The notes under the pieces: model-generated
Seen by the model: only the letters and a program-made list of their open reading frames with translations
The model's database searches: none
What the model was told of the DNA's origin: nothing
Assembly (NCBI GenBank): GCA_016840465.1
Contig: JAEOSH010000003.1
Coordinates: forward strand, 60,001-92,000
Reading direction: 5' to 3'
Length of the DNA: 32,000 nucleotides
From: Candidatus Baldrarchaeum yapensis
GTDB lineage: Archaea; Asgardarchaeota; Baldrarchaeia; Baldrarchaeales; Baldrarchaeaceae
In this document: piece by piece, positions 8,145 to 17,124 of the stretch
Layout of the letters: each line of letters opens with the position of its first letter
How positions within the stretch are numbered: position 1 is the first letter of the stretch
Program-made: the position numbers and the translations under genes

Positions 8145-9668
8145 ATGTGGGGTCAAATAGCTGGCAAATATTTGCCGGCGGCTCCCATTATGGTACCAGT
8201 GGCGTTTGCGATTCTGGTATTCATAGTAGGGTATTTTGCCGAGGAAACTCGTGCTAGAAAGGTAGTAGACTGGCTTGCAACACTAGGAATGTTCTGCACT
8301 CTTGCGATCGCGATCAAAATTCTATACAAGGTGGTGTTCGGGGGATTTGTGCTCCAGTTCACGTACCCAATCGCAACTCTTTCCATGCTCGGAACGGGCT
8401 TAAAGGTAGATGCTCTCAGCGCATTCATGGCAGTTATATTCTCCTCAATAGGTTTCGCCGCATCTCTTTACAGCGTGAGATACATGGAACACGACACAGG
8501 TCTGACACAGTACTATGTGCTACTGCTACTCCTAGTAGCATCGCTGAACGGCGTAGCATACGCTGCTGACCTGTTTACACTGTTCGTGTTCTATGAGATG
8601 ATGGGCATATCCTCATATTCGCTGGTTGCCTTTAGAAAACACCAGTGGGAACCTGTCGAGGCAGCAATGAAGTACCTCTTCATGGCAGCAATTGGAAGCA
8701 CGGCTGTCCTCTTAGCAATGTCCATGCTCTATGGACTCACGGGAACGTTAAACTTCGAGGGGATAGCCAATGCCCTTAAGAACGCGGAGGCACCAACGGG
8801 TTACTTATACCTAGTAATTGCTCTACTGATAGGAGGATTTGGAGTAAAGGCGGCAATTGTGCCTATGCACTCATGGCTGATCGACGCACACCCTGCCGCA
8901 CCGACAAGCATAAGTGCAATGCTGTCAGGAGTTGTGATAAAGGGCGGAGTATACGCACTGGTCAGAACGCTATTTATGTTCTTCCCAGTCACGGTCTACC
9001 ATTGGGACTGGATGCTCGCGGTAATAGGCGTCGTCACGATGACGGTCGCAAACATAATCGCCCTCGTGCAGGAGGATATCAAGAGACTACTGGCGTACTC
9101 CAGTATATACAACATAGGCCTGATAATGCTGGGCGTATCAATAGGACACGTGAGCGTCCTTGGACTCACGGGTGCCATGTTCCATGTGCTGAACCACGCA
9201 ATCATGAAAGCACTCGCTTTCTTATGTGCAGGGTGCTTCCTTCACGTTGTAGGCACTAGGATGCTCTCTGATCTTAAGGGAGTTGCGAGAAGAATGCCAA
9301 TAACTGGAACATGCTTCGGAATAAGCCTACTGGCTCTGATGGGAGTTCCGCCGCTGAACGGGTTCTGGTCAAAGTTCTGGATAATACTCGCAGTGTTCCT
9401 ACTACCAGACCCCGTGTACGGTGGAATCCTTGGAATGCTCGCGCTAATCAACGTGCTCCTGGCGACGGGCTATTATGCGAAGGTTCTAAGGATAGTGTGG
9501 ATGGATCCGGAGTCCGAAAAAGTCAAGGAGGCGAAAGAGGCACCACCCGAGATGCTAATCGCACTGATAATACTGACACTGGCGATACTCGTGATAGGAG
9601 TATATCCGCAACCGTTCTTCGAAATCTCAGAAAAGGCAGCAGAAAGCGTTATAGGAGTACTCGGCTAA
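8145..9668 (+). CDS. MrpD/MbhH/NuoN-type antiporter subunit
   Basis: FVFYEMM, VKAAIVPMHSWLIDAHPAAPTSISAMLSG, KRLLAYSSI, NHAIMKALAF, PPLNGFWSK. Confidence 0.9.
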   Translation: MWGQIAGKYLPAAPIMVPVAFAILVFIVGYFAEETRARKVVDWLATLGMFCTLAIAIKILYKVVFGGFVLQFTYPIATLSMLGTGLKVDALSAFMAVIFSSIGFAASLYSVRYMEHDTGLTQYYVLLLLLVASLNGVAYAADLFTLFVFYEMMGISSYSLVAFRKHQWEPVEAAMKYLFMAAIGSTAVLLAMSMLYGLTGTLNFEGIANALKNAEAPTGYLYLVIALLIGGFGVKAAIVPMHSWLIDAHPAAPTSISAMLSGVVIKGGVYALVRTLFMFFPVTVYHWDWMLAVIGVVTMTVANIIALVQEDIKRLLAYSSIYNIGLIMLGVSIGHVSVLGLTGAMFHVLNHAIMKALAFLCAGCFLHVVGTRMLSDLKGVARRMPITGTCFGISLLALMGVPPLNGFWSKFWIILAVFLLPDPVYGGILGMLALINVLLATGYYAKVLRIVWMDPESEKVKEAKEAPPEMLIALIILTLAILVIGVYPQPFFEISEKAAESVIGVLG

Positions 9669-9700
9669 CAAAAAATAACAATTTTTTCCTTTTGTTTGTC
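9666..9700. terminator. Bidirectional oligo-T terminator between convergent operons
   Basis: The + strand has ttttttccttttgtttgt after the 9668 stop; the - strand has tgttattttttgtt after the 9701 stop. Confidence 0.55.
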
Positions 9701-10273
9701 TTATTCTTTCTGCTTTTTATTTTGTGCAAAGAATCTTTTTGAAATGACGTCAAGAGCCCTTTTGACAAACTCCTTTTTGCCAGAAATCCTAATAGTATTT
9801 TCACTTTCTGCCTCAATCATCGCTCCCGTCTTTTTTTCAATACCCTTAAGCTCGTCGAAACTAGCTGCTCTCGGCAGTACTATCCTCACAAAGTCGACGT
9901 CTTTATCTCGTGGAATTCCCGGTATAAATGTCCCACCAAGTTGTGGTAGTGGTACGCGGAATTCCCCGCTCTTGGCCTTCCTTAAAAGCTCCTTCCATTT
10001 ATTAACGTAGTCTTCTCCAAGAACCGTAGATGCATGTTCAAAGAGAATCTTCCTTGCACTATCTAAGAGCATATCAATATCTGCAATGAATGCCTCCTCC
10101 GTGGCTTTACCCCTCGCGAGATGAAGTTGCCAATGAGAAATTAAAAGACGAGAGTGGCGAAGATCTGCATTCACCTGTAGTGATGGTGGAACTCCCTTTG
10201 AGGTAAGATCTCCCAGCATCTTATTCAAAACAGTCCATATGGAGTATCTTATTTCAAGGTCCCTCTGAGACAA
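9701..10273 (-). CDS. Conserved archaeal protein, DUF2096-like
   Basis: N-terminal WTVLNKMLGDL, central FIPGIPR..DFVRI and C-terminal IRISGKKEFVKRAL resemble DUF2096 as recalled. TTG start with an AAGGTGA SD overlapping the hdrB stop. Confidence 0.55.
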   Translation of the reverse strand: MSQRDLEIRYSIWTVLNKMLGDLTSKGVPPSLQVNADLRHSRLLISHWQLHLARGKATEEAFIADIDMLLDSARKILFEHASTVLGEDYVNKWKELLRKAKSGEFRVPLPQLGGTFIPGIPRDKDVDFVRIVLPRAASFDELKGIEKKTGAMIEAESENTIRISGKKEFVKRALDVISKRFFAQNKKQKE

Positions 10274-10282
10274 GGTATCACC

Positions 10283-11173
10283 TTAGAGACCGATTTTTCT
10301 CAATAGAGGTCTCACGGGTATAATATTGTACTGAAGACCTAATACATGTGGCGATGCACCAAGTGCCAACATTATCAACTGGGTTATAAACACAACCGGA
10401 AGTCCTAACTTCACTCCCATACGGTCCTCTATTTCCTTCTGTCCCCTATCGAATTGCAGGTGGCAGAACACGCAAGGTGTGGTCAGGCAATCGGCGCCTG
10501 CTCTCATCATGTTCTGAACTTTTTCCCTCGTCATGTCTAAACTCACATCTATCGATCCTGCTCTCACCCCGCCACCCGCTCCACAGCACATAAGCTTATC
10601 CCTGTAATCTATACTTATGGCGTTCGTGGTTTCGATAATCCTGTCAAGGATCGTTGGTCGCTCGGGATGCTCATGCCGCCTAACCTCTCTGGGCTTTAAG
10701 AAGTGGCAACCATAATGAGCGGCCACTTTCAAGCCGCTGAGATCTCTTTCTATCTCGCTCCTTATTCTATTCAGCCCTATGTCATGCTCTATCACTTCAA
10801 TTACATGCTTGACCTCTATGGTCCCCTTAAACTCTTTGTCGATGTTCTTTAGGATTTCATTAACCCACTCCCTGAGTTCCTTGTTCTCCTTTAAAAGATG
10901 ATTTGCCTCCTGCAAACTTCCATAGCAGCCGTTACAACATGTTACTATGTCAGCGCCTAGACTCTCGGCAATGCACAGGTTTCTTGCAGCTATAACGATC
11001 CAAGTGTAGAGATCAAAGGATCCAAACACTCCGGGTGCTGGGCAGCAGGAGGCTCCCTTCATATCTAGAAGTTCTATGCCATATCTTGTCATAAGGTATC
11101 TTGTCGAGGCCTCAACGCCCGGGTACCTGTTGGGCATTATGCATCCGAGGAAAAACGCATATTTCTTCGCCAT
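10283..11173 (-). CDS. hdrB: Heterodisulfide reductase subunit B (canonical methanogen type)
   Basis: FFLGCIMPNRYPGVE, CCPAPG, CNGCYGSL, HYGCHFLKP, CCGAGGG and PCVFCHLQFDRGQ give two complete CCG domains. Confidence 0.96.
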   Translation of the reverse strand: MAKKYAFFLGCIMPNRYPGVEASTRYLMTRYGIELLDMKGASCCPAPGVFGSFDLYTWIVIAARNLCIAESLGADIVTCCNGCYGSLQEANHLLKENKELREWVNEILKNIDKEFKGTIEVKHVIEVIEHDIGLNRIRSEIERDLSGLKVAAHYGCHFLKPREVRRHEHPERPTILDRIIETTNAISIDYRDKLMCCGAGGGVRAGSIDVSLDMTREKVQNMMRAGADCLTTPCVFCHLQFDRGQKEIEDRMGVKLGLPVVFITQLIMLALGASPHVLGLQYNIIPVRPLLRKIGL

Positions 11174-11734
11174 TTAACCACTCTCCTGATAACCAACCAT
11201 TTGATCGAATTTCATAATTTTTATCAACTTTCTGACTTCATCCAGCGCCTCGGGATAAGAATGAACCGTGGGTGGCAATTCACTTAAACCTAAAGCCTTT
11301 CTGATCTCTTTAAACTCGTCGGTGATCGGAACTGCGTGACCAAATCTTATAAGAAGCCTTGCAACTCGTTTGTGTTGCTCTTTCATCCTGCCGCTTTTTG
11401 CAGCAATGTTTCTGATCACTCTGATGATGTCCGTAGTTCTGACGCCGCGCGGACACCTCTCATAACACGTATAACAGGTGGTGCAGTACCAGAGCTCTTC
11501 ACTTGAAAGCACCTCATCCTTGAGCCCAAGAAGAGCCTTGCGCATAACTAGACGCGTCCTATAAGCAGTTCTTCTGCCAGATGGGCAACTTCCACTGCAC
11601 GTTCCGCACTGGAAACATGCAGTGATGGTTTCCATATGTTCTCTTCCGAAAATCTTGGACCCGTACTCTATTATCTCCTCAACAAACTTAGGATCGGTTT
11701 TTTCGAGTTGTATGACCTGTTCGGAAGCACTCAT
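11174..11734 (-). CDS. hdrC: Heterodisulfide reductase subunit C
   Basis: CFQCGTCSGSCPSG, CTTCYTCYERCPRGV and GHAVP. ATG at 11734 preceded by GGGTG; the stop abuts the hdrB ATG. Confidence 0.95.
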   Translation of the reverse strand: MSASEQVIQLEKTDPKFVEEIIEYGSKIFGREHMETITACFQCGTCSGSCPSGRRTAYRTRLVMRKALLGLKDEVLSSEELWYCTTCYTCYERCPRGVRTTDIIRVIRNIAAKSGRMKEQHKRVARLLIRFGHAVPITDEFKEIRKALGLSELPPTVHSYPEALDEVRKLIKIMKFDQMVGYQESG

Positions 11735-11854
11735 CGCGGACACCCATTACGGATCAGCCGGGAATTACATACCCGGTGTCCTTTATTTGTTCTTTCCCAA
11801 GAAAAGAGGTATCCTCCAGTTATTCTGGTTATTACGTAAAAAATGTATTGGGGG

Positions 11855-12949
11855 TCAATGCGCATTATACGCGGTCAAAATCGCGTTAACAAAGTCTTCA
11901 GGTGAGGTGCCGCTAGTTCTTATTTTTTTACTCTCAAAGACTTCCACAAGTGCGGACTTTAGGAGGTTCTTATCTAAGCGTAGACCCTTTAATGAGTTTT
12001 CCAAATCGGCTATTGCATCTCGAGGCTCGAGCCAAAAGTCCCCGCTTATCAAAATATCCCTGATCACTTCATCCTCCATCTCGAAAGTCACCCTGATTAA
12101 ACCACCAGGGGACTTATAGACCCCCTCAACGATGTAAGTATCGCCTGCCACCTTAACTTTCCTTGTAGCAAGATTCGGATGTCTCTCCTCGTGTATAAAT
12201 AGCCACTCATGCGAAAGATACTGCTCTCTGAGTTCCCGTATGATTTCCTCCTCTCTTCTCGTCAATTCACCTCTTTCAAGCTTAACATTGAGGTACTTCT
12301 CAAAATTCTTCACTAACAAGTCAACAACTCTGCTTCTATCCGGTACGTACCCTAACTCTCTCCTCAATGAGGTGACCCTTTCCTTCAGACTTTTTGCAAA
12401 CTTGTCCCTGAACTTCTCACTGGGTACCCTGAGAACCTTAACCATTATATCGTAATTAAAGTCGAGAATTATGTTGCCGACGAAGACAAATGCTTTCTCT
12501 ATTTCCCCACCGCCGTTTCCACTGATCTTCCTACCGTTAACCTCTATGTCATTAACGGGTCTAAAGTACGCGTCGACCCCTAACTCCCTATACGTTTGCA
12601 CAGGAGCCCTTAAGAAGTACTCAAATCTACCAACGGTGTCCGCGGGGACATCTGACCAGTCCTGGGGAATCACCAGTTGATAAAATATCTGATTTTCGTC
12701 TAAGTATACGGCCCCGCCGCCAATAACTCTCCTCACTATTGGTATTCCCATTTTCCTGCAAAATTCTATGTCTACCTCCTTTGAAACCTCCTGAAAATAC
12801 CCGCAGGAAACCAGAGGTGATGCCGGCCAGTCTATGAAAAGTGTCGGTGGAATGTCCCCCTCGCTTAGAGCAATCGCCGCTGCATGCCATATTACCTGCG
12901 TCAAAACGGGATCTATCGGCCCAAGAAAAACGTATCGCAGCTTCTTCAT
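11855..12949 (-). CDS. lplA: Lipoate/octanoate:protein ligase with C-terminal accessory domain (LplAB, sLpl(AB)-like)
   Basis: GYFQEVSKEVD, RRVIGGGAVYLDENQIFYQL, VNDIEVNGRKISGNG and the C-terminal KSPGGLI...ISGDF domain. Confidence 0.92.
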   Translation of the reverse strand: MKKLRYVFLGPIDPVLTQVIWHAAAIALSEGDIPPTLFIDWPASPLVSCGYFQEVSKEVDIEFCRKMGIPIVRRVIGGGAVYLDENQIFYQLVIPQDWSDVPADTVGRFEYFLRAPVQTYRELGVDAYFRPVNDIEVNGRKISGNGGGEIEKAFVFVGNIILDFNYDIMVKVLRVPSEKFRDKFAKSLKERVTSLRRELGYVPDRSRVVDLLVKNFEKYLNVKLERGELTRREEEIIRELREQYLSHEWLFIHEERHPNLATRKVKVAGDTYIVEGVYKSPGGLIRVTFEMEDEVIRDILISGDFWLEPRDAIADLENSLKGLRLDKNLLKSALVEVFESKKIRTSGTSPEDFVNAILTAYNAH

Positions 12950-13392
12950 CTCAACTCTCCCTTCTTAAGCTTCTCCTCGTCCTCCTTGATCCACTTCTCT
13001 ATGTTCTCGACACCATGAATTAGATTTTTCAAGTCCTCCTCTAAGTTCGTCGGTTCTATTACCGCGATCCACCCCTCACCGTACGGATCCTCATTTAATA
13101 ACTCGACTCTTTTCTCCTTAACGAGTTTTTCATTCACCTCTATGATCTTCCCGCTGACTGGCGAATACAGAGTTCCGCGCCATTTCCCACTCTCAACAAC
13201 CGCAAGAGGCTTTCCTTGCTCGACATGCCGCCCAACGGGGAGTACTCGTATTGCTATTGCTCGCCCTAAGGCCTGTTGCCCCCAGTCATCTATTCCCACA
13301 CGAACCTTCCCATTTTCAATACGTGCCCACGTGTGCCTTGGATGATAGTAGAGATCCTCGGGGAATTCATATTTTCCGAGTATTTTTACCAA
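12946..13392 (-). CDS. gcvH: GcvH-like lipoyl carrier protein (ESGKW type)
   Basis: FPEDLYY..HTWARIE...VRVGIDD, lipoyl-Lys motif VESGKW, SPVSGKIIEVN and DPYGEGWI. TTG at 13392 follows a GGAGG SD (ORF track uses GTG 13407). ATGA overlap with lplA. Confidence 0.92.
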   Translation of the reverse strand: MVKILGKYEFPEDLYYHPRHTWARIENGKVRVGIDDWGQQALGRAIAIRVLPVGRHVEQGKPLAVVESGKWRGTLYSPVSGKIIEVNEKLVKEKRVELLNEDPYGEGWIAVIEPTNLEEDLKNLIHGVENIEKWIKEDEEKLKKGELR

Positions 13393-13438
13393 TATGCCGA
13401 CCTCCACAATTTCTGAAGAGAAGTCACCGCATTGAGAA

Positions 13439-13444
13439 TATAAA
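13439..13444 (-). promoter_or_regulatory. Candidate TATA box for the gcvH-lplA(-hdrCB) transcript
   Basis: TTTATA on the - strand about 47 nt upstream of the TTG start. Confidence 0.4.
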
Positions 13445-13628
13445 TGATGTACAGAGACTTGTTAGGGTGTATCATCCCAATATGCTTTTTCCAAAATAAA
13501 ACGCAAAGTTGCTGGAAAAATCGAAATTTTGTCCCTGTGGGTTTATTGTTTAAACCCTTTTAATTGACGTATGATTTATATTGGGTACCTTTCGAATAGT
13601 TAGCGACTCGCGGAACGAGGGAAGACGG

Positions 13629-13952
13629 ATGAGCGACGCGCTAACTGTCATAATAGCGTTTGTGGTCTGCCTTCTGACTTCAGCGTTCCTTTACGCGCTC
13701 GGACGGAAATTGGCACCACGGGGCAAAGAGAATGACGAGAAAGTAACACCATACGCATGCGGAGAAGACTACCCGGTCGAATACATACAGTATTACATCC
13801 ACTGGTTCTACTACGCGGTCTTCTTCACAATACTTGAGGTTGCAGCGATACTCATAGCGTTCTCGCTGTTCGCACCAAGCGTGGCGCTCGTGGTGGTAAT
13901 AATATACACGATTATGGCCCTAATTGCCGCGTTTATGGCACCGCGTGAGTAG
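13629..13952 (+). CDS. nuoA: NuoA-like subunit
   Basis: K..PYACGED loop, YYAVFFTILEV and three TMs. ATG at 13629 after a GAGGG SD. Confidence 0.85.
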   Translation: MSDALTVIIAFVVCLLTSAFLYALGRKLAPRGKENDEKVTPYACGEDYPVEYIQYYIHWFYYAVFFTILEVAAILIAFSLFAPSVALVVVIIYTIMALIAAFMAPRE

Positions 13953-13962
13953 GTGATGTGAT

Positions 13963-14400
13963 ATGGGAATACTAGATCGTATGGTCAAGTGGGCGCGTAT
14001 AAGATCACCCTGGATACTCCACTTCAACACGGGAGGATGCAACGCGTGTGACATAGAGGTACTAGCAGTATTAACTCCAAGATTTGATGTTGAGAGGTTC
14101 GGAATACTCCTAAAGGGAAGCCCCAGACATGCTGATGTGCTCGTAGTAACAGGTCCCGTGACGAGACAAGTTGCTAAGCGGCTAAAAAGAATTTATTATC
14201 AAATGCCTGAGCCTAAATTCGTAATGGCAGTAGGTGCATGCGCAGTCAGCGGTGGGGTCTTCAGGGGGGCTTATAACGTACATATGGGACTCGACCAAGT
14301 ACTTCCGGTCGATGTATACGTTCCCGGATGCCCACCAAAGCCGGAGGCCATCATTGATGGTGTTGTTAAGTTGTTAAAGAAGTTGGAGGAGGGTGGTTAG
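13963..14400 (+). CDS. Group 4 [NiFe]-hydrogenase small subunit (NuoB-like)
   Basis: GGCNACDIE, SPRHADVLVVTG, GACAVSGG and VPGCPPKPEAI supply four Cys for a [4Fe-4S] cluster. Confidence 0.93.
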   Translation: MGILDRMVKWARIRSPWILHFNTGGCNACDIEVLAVLTPRFDVERFGILLKGSPRHADVLVVTGPVTRQVAKRLKRIYYQMPEPKFVMAVGACAVSGGVFRGAYNVHMGLDQVLPVDVYVPGCPPKPEAIIDGVVKLLKKLEEGG

Positions 14401-14401
14401 T

Positions 14402-14899
14402 GTGAGCGAACTAAAAGCGGAACAGGAACTCGTCGAGGATGTAAAGAAACAGCTCGGTGACAAAATTGTGGACACCAAGATCCAGAGGGCAAAGAGGGTG
14501 TATATAAGGGTAAAGGCTGGAGATCACCGTGACGTTATAAAGTACCTCAAGGAGAAATGGGACGCATATCACGTATCGACAATCACTGGCGTTGACTTGG
14601 GCGAAAATATAGAACTTCTTTATCACCTGTTCGCCTATCGGGGAAATGTTACGGTCACCGTGCGAACCGAGGTTCCAAAGTCGGATCCCAAGATACAGAC
14701 AATTGTTGACATAATTCCGGGCGCAACGCTCTATGAGAGAGAAGTTCATGACTTGCTGGGTGTGGTTTTTGAGGGACATCCTGAGCTTGAACGTTTAATA
14801 TTACCGGATGACTGGCCAGAGGGGGTATATCCCCTAAGAAAAGAATACAAACTCGAAGTTGAGGAAGTTGAAGAGGTTAAGGAGGAGGGTGAGGCATGA
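14402..14899 (+). CDS. NuoC/MbhK/EchD-like subunit
   Basis: HVSTITGVD, ELLYHL, YEREVHDLLGVVFEGHP.L.RLILPDDWPEGVYPLRK. GTG at 14402 after a GGAGGGTGG SD. Confidence 0.9.
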   Translation: MSELKAEQELVEDVKKQLGDKIVDTKIQRAKRVYIRVKAGDHRDVIKYLKEKWDAYHVSTITGVDLGENIELLYHLFAYRGNVTVTVRTEVPKSDPKIQTIVDIIPGATLYEREVHDLLGVVFEGHPELERLILPDDWPEGVYPLRKEYKLEVEEVEEVKEEGEA

Positions 14900-16110
14900 G
14901 CGAGGAGAGGATGTTTAGAATTCCCGTTGGTCCTCAGCATCCCGCTCTTAAAGAACCGATAAACTTCACATTCATAGTTGATGGAGAAAGGGTCGTGGAT
15001 GTCAAGCCACGGATAGGATACAATCACCGCGGAATAGAGAAACTCATGGAATCGAAGACGTACATTCAAGGGCTTTATCTCATCGAGAGAATTTGCGGAA
15101 TATGCTCGGCGGCGCATCAGGGATGTTACGCTCAGAACATAGAGGAGGCCGCAGGCATCGAGGCACCCCCACGTGGTGTATACCTCAGAACGCTAATCTG
15201 GGAGTTAGAAAGAATTCACAGCCATCTCCTGTGGGTAGGTGTCGCATACCACGAGATAGGGTTTGATACGCTATTCATGTATGTATGGCGTGACAGAGAG
15301 CGGGTTATGGACATATTGGAGATGATATCGGGTAACAGGGTCAACTACGCAATGAACACCATAGGTGGAGTTCGTAGGGATGTTACTCCCGAAATTGTAG
15401 ACAATGCCCTAAAGGCCCTCGACTACTTGGAAGAGAGAACGAAGTACTACAAGAAGGTCACCGAAGAGGACGACAGCATCCTTGCAAGGACCGTCAACGT
15501 CGGAATACTGAAGACAGAAGATGCTAAGAGATTATGCGCCGTCGGCCCGACGGCAAGGGCATCAGGACTGAAGGTTGATGTGAGAAGAGACGACCCATAC
15601 GGTGCTTACGACGAGTTGGACTTCGACGTCGTAGTTTATGACACCTGCGACCTTACCGCGAGAGTACTCGTACGTATAGACGAGGTTCTCGAAAGTATAA
15701 AAATGTGCCGCCAGATTCTCCAGAACCTCCCATCTGGGCCCGTTAGAGTGAAATTCAAGAGAAAGGTTCCAGAAGGAGAGTCAATAAGCAAGGTGGAGGC
15801 CCCTCGTGGAGAGGACTTACACTATGTCAAGGCAAATGGCACTGAAAAACCGGAGAGGTACAAGGTGAGAGCACCTACACTTGCGAATATACCGTCGGTC
15901 TGCGAGATGCTAAAGGGAGGATACATTGCCGACATCCCAATAGTATTCGCTGGTATCGATCCCTGTATTGCGTGCACCGACAGGATGTTGTTCATAGATG
16001 TGAATACTGAGCGAAAGTGGATGTGGACGGAAGAGGAGTTGAGGATGTACGCGCGTAAGTGGTATAAGAAACATCTTAAGGAAGTGGTGAGGGAAAGATG
16101 GAAGTGCTAG
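14896..16110 (+). CDS. Group 4 energy-converting [NiFe]-hydrogenase large subunit (NuoD homolog)
   Basis: GPQHP and HRGIEK, plus both Ni-Fe motifs intact (L1 ERICGICSAAH, L2 IDPCIACTDR), followed by a C-terminal extension. Confidence 0.94.
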   Translation: MSEERMFRIPVGPQHPALKEPINFTFIVDGERVVDVKPRIGYNHRGIEKLMESKTYIQGLYLIERICGICSAAHQGCYAQNIEEAAGIEAPPRGVYLRTLIWELERIHSHLLWVGVAYHEIGFDTLFMYVWRDRERVMDILEMISGNRVNYAMNTIGGVRRDVTPEIVDNALKALDYLEERTKYYKKVTEEDDSILARTVNVGILKTEDAKRLCAVGPTARASGLKVDVRRDDPYGAYDELDFDVVVYDTCDLTARVLVRIDEVLESIKMCRQILQNLPSGPVRVKFKRKVPEGESISKVEAPRGEDLHYVKANGTEKPERYKVRAPTLANIPSVCEMLKGGYIADIPIVFAGIDPCIACTDRMLFIDVNTERKWMWTEEELRMYARKWYKKHLKEVVRERWKC

Positions 16111-17114
16111 AACTCATACTCCTTATATTGGCAACTGTGTTGTTCCCCGGTGTTGTGTTCTGCACGTATTACGCCCTATTTCTAGAGTGGGTTGATCGAA
16201 AGTTCTTTGCAAGGCTCCAGAACAGAGTGGGGCCTTGGATAACTGGGCCAAAAGGAATACTGCAGCCCATTGCGGATATAATAAAGTTACTCGCAAAAGA
16301 GGACATAACTCCAAATGGGGTTGATAGAGCCGGTTTCGTCGGTGCACCTTTCTTCGCATTAACCTTAGCGCTGTTCTCATTGATGTTCGTGCCAATAGCA
16401 TCAACAAGCGGAATACTCTCATTTAAAGGAGATCTGCTCATAGTGCTGTTCATATCCACGGTATTCGGCATCATAATAATATTCGCCGGGTACGTCTCTG
16501 CAAGCAGATTCTCGATAGTCGGCACTGCAAGAGCGGGGCTCCAGTTCGTGGGGTACGAAATCCCGCTCTTTGTGTCAGCAATTATTCCCGCACTTATAGC
16601 CAGGTCTCTGACATTGAAGGAAATAGTGGAGTGGCAGATTGCACATTACCCACTGATACTATGCTTCCCTGCAATGATAGCATTCGGAATCTTCATAGTA
16701 TGTTCCCTTGCGAAACTCGAAAAACTGCCGTTTGACATACCCGAAGCAGAAACGGAGATAGTTGCAGGGTGGGCAACAGAGTTCAGCGGAAAGAAGTTGG
16801 CCCTCTTTAGACTTTCAACGGACCTGAAAATGTTGCTTCTTGCCGGATTGGCGACTGCATTGTTCCTTGGTGGACCTGCACCCTGGGGCTTCACACTTCC
16901 GGCAGATCTAAATCCGTACCTTGCGGCGCTCATATACTCGATATGGTTCGTGATAAAGACAATAATCGTTGTGCTTATAATGTCCACGTTGAAAGCGGCA
17001 TTTGCAAGGTACAGGATAGATCAGGCACTTAGGGGCTTCTGGAGATATCTAACGCCCCTATCGCTTGCAATACTAATACTTACGCCTATAGTCGCCTATC
17101 ATTTCTACTGGTAG
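16098..17114 (+). CDS. NuoH/MbhM/EchB-like membrane subunit
   Basis: DRKFFARLQNRVGP, LQPIADIIKLLAKE, RAGLQFVGYE, PFDIPEAETEIVAGWATEFSG and ARYRIDQ. Confidence 0.94.
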   Translation: MEVLELILLILATVLFPGVVFCTYYALFLEWVDRKFFARLQNRVGPWITGPKGILQPIADIIKLLAKEDITPNGVDRAGFVGAPFFALTLALFSLMFVPIASTSGILSFKGDLLIVLFISTVFGIIIIFAGYVSASRFSIVGTARAGLQFVGYEIPLFVSAIIPALIARSLTLKEIVEWQIAHYPLILCFPAMIAFGIFIVCSLAKLEKLPFDIPEAETEIVAGWATEFSGKKLALFRLSTDLKMLLLAGLATALFLGGPAPWGFTLPADLNPYLAALIYSIWFVIKTIIVVLIMSTLKAAFARYRIDQALRGFWRYLTPLSLAILILTPIVAYHFYW

Positions 17115-17124
17115 GTGATGTAAG

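Noticed and set aside
11791-11828. Series of tiny hairpins downstream of lplA (gagg-tat-cctc, ccag-ttatt-ctgg)
   Set aside because: Four-bp stems are expected by chance.
9701-13392. Classical sHdr-LbpA sulfur-oxidation operon
   Set aside because: HdrB is methanogen-type, the carrier has no Cys, and no tusA, dsrE or rhodanese genes are present.
13541-13556. SurR site (GTTn3AAC)
   Set aside because: The spacing here is GTT-n2-AAC, which does not match.
14896-16110. Fpo/Mbs/Nuo-type (non-hydrogenase) NuoD
   Set aside because: Both CxxC Ni-Fe motifs (RICGIC, DPCIAC) are intact, so it is a genuine hydrogenase large subunit.
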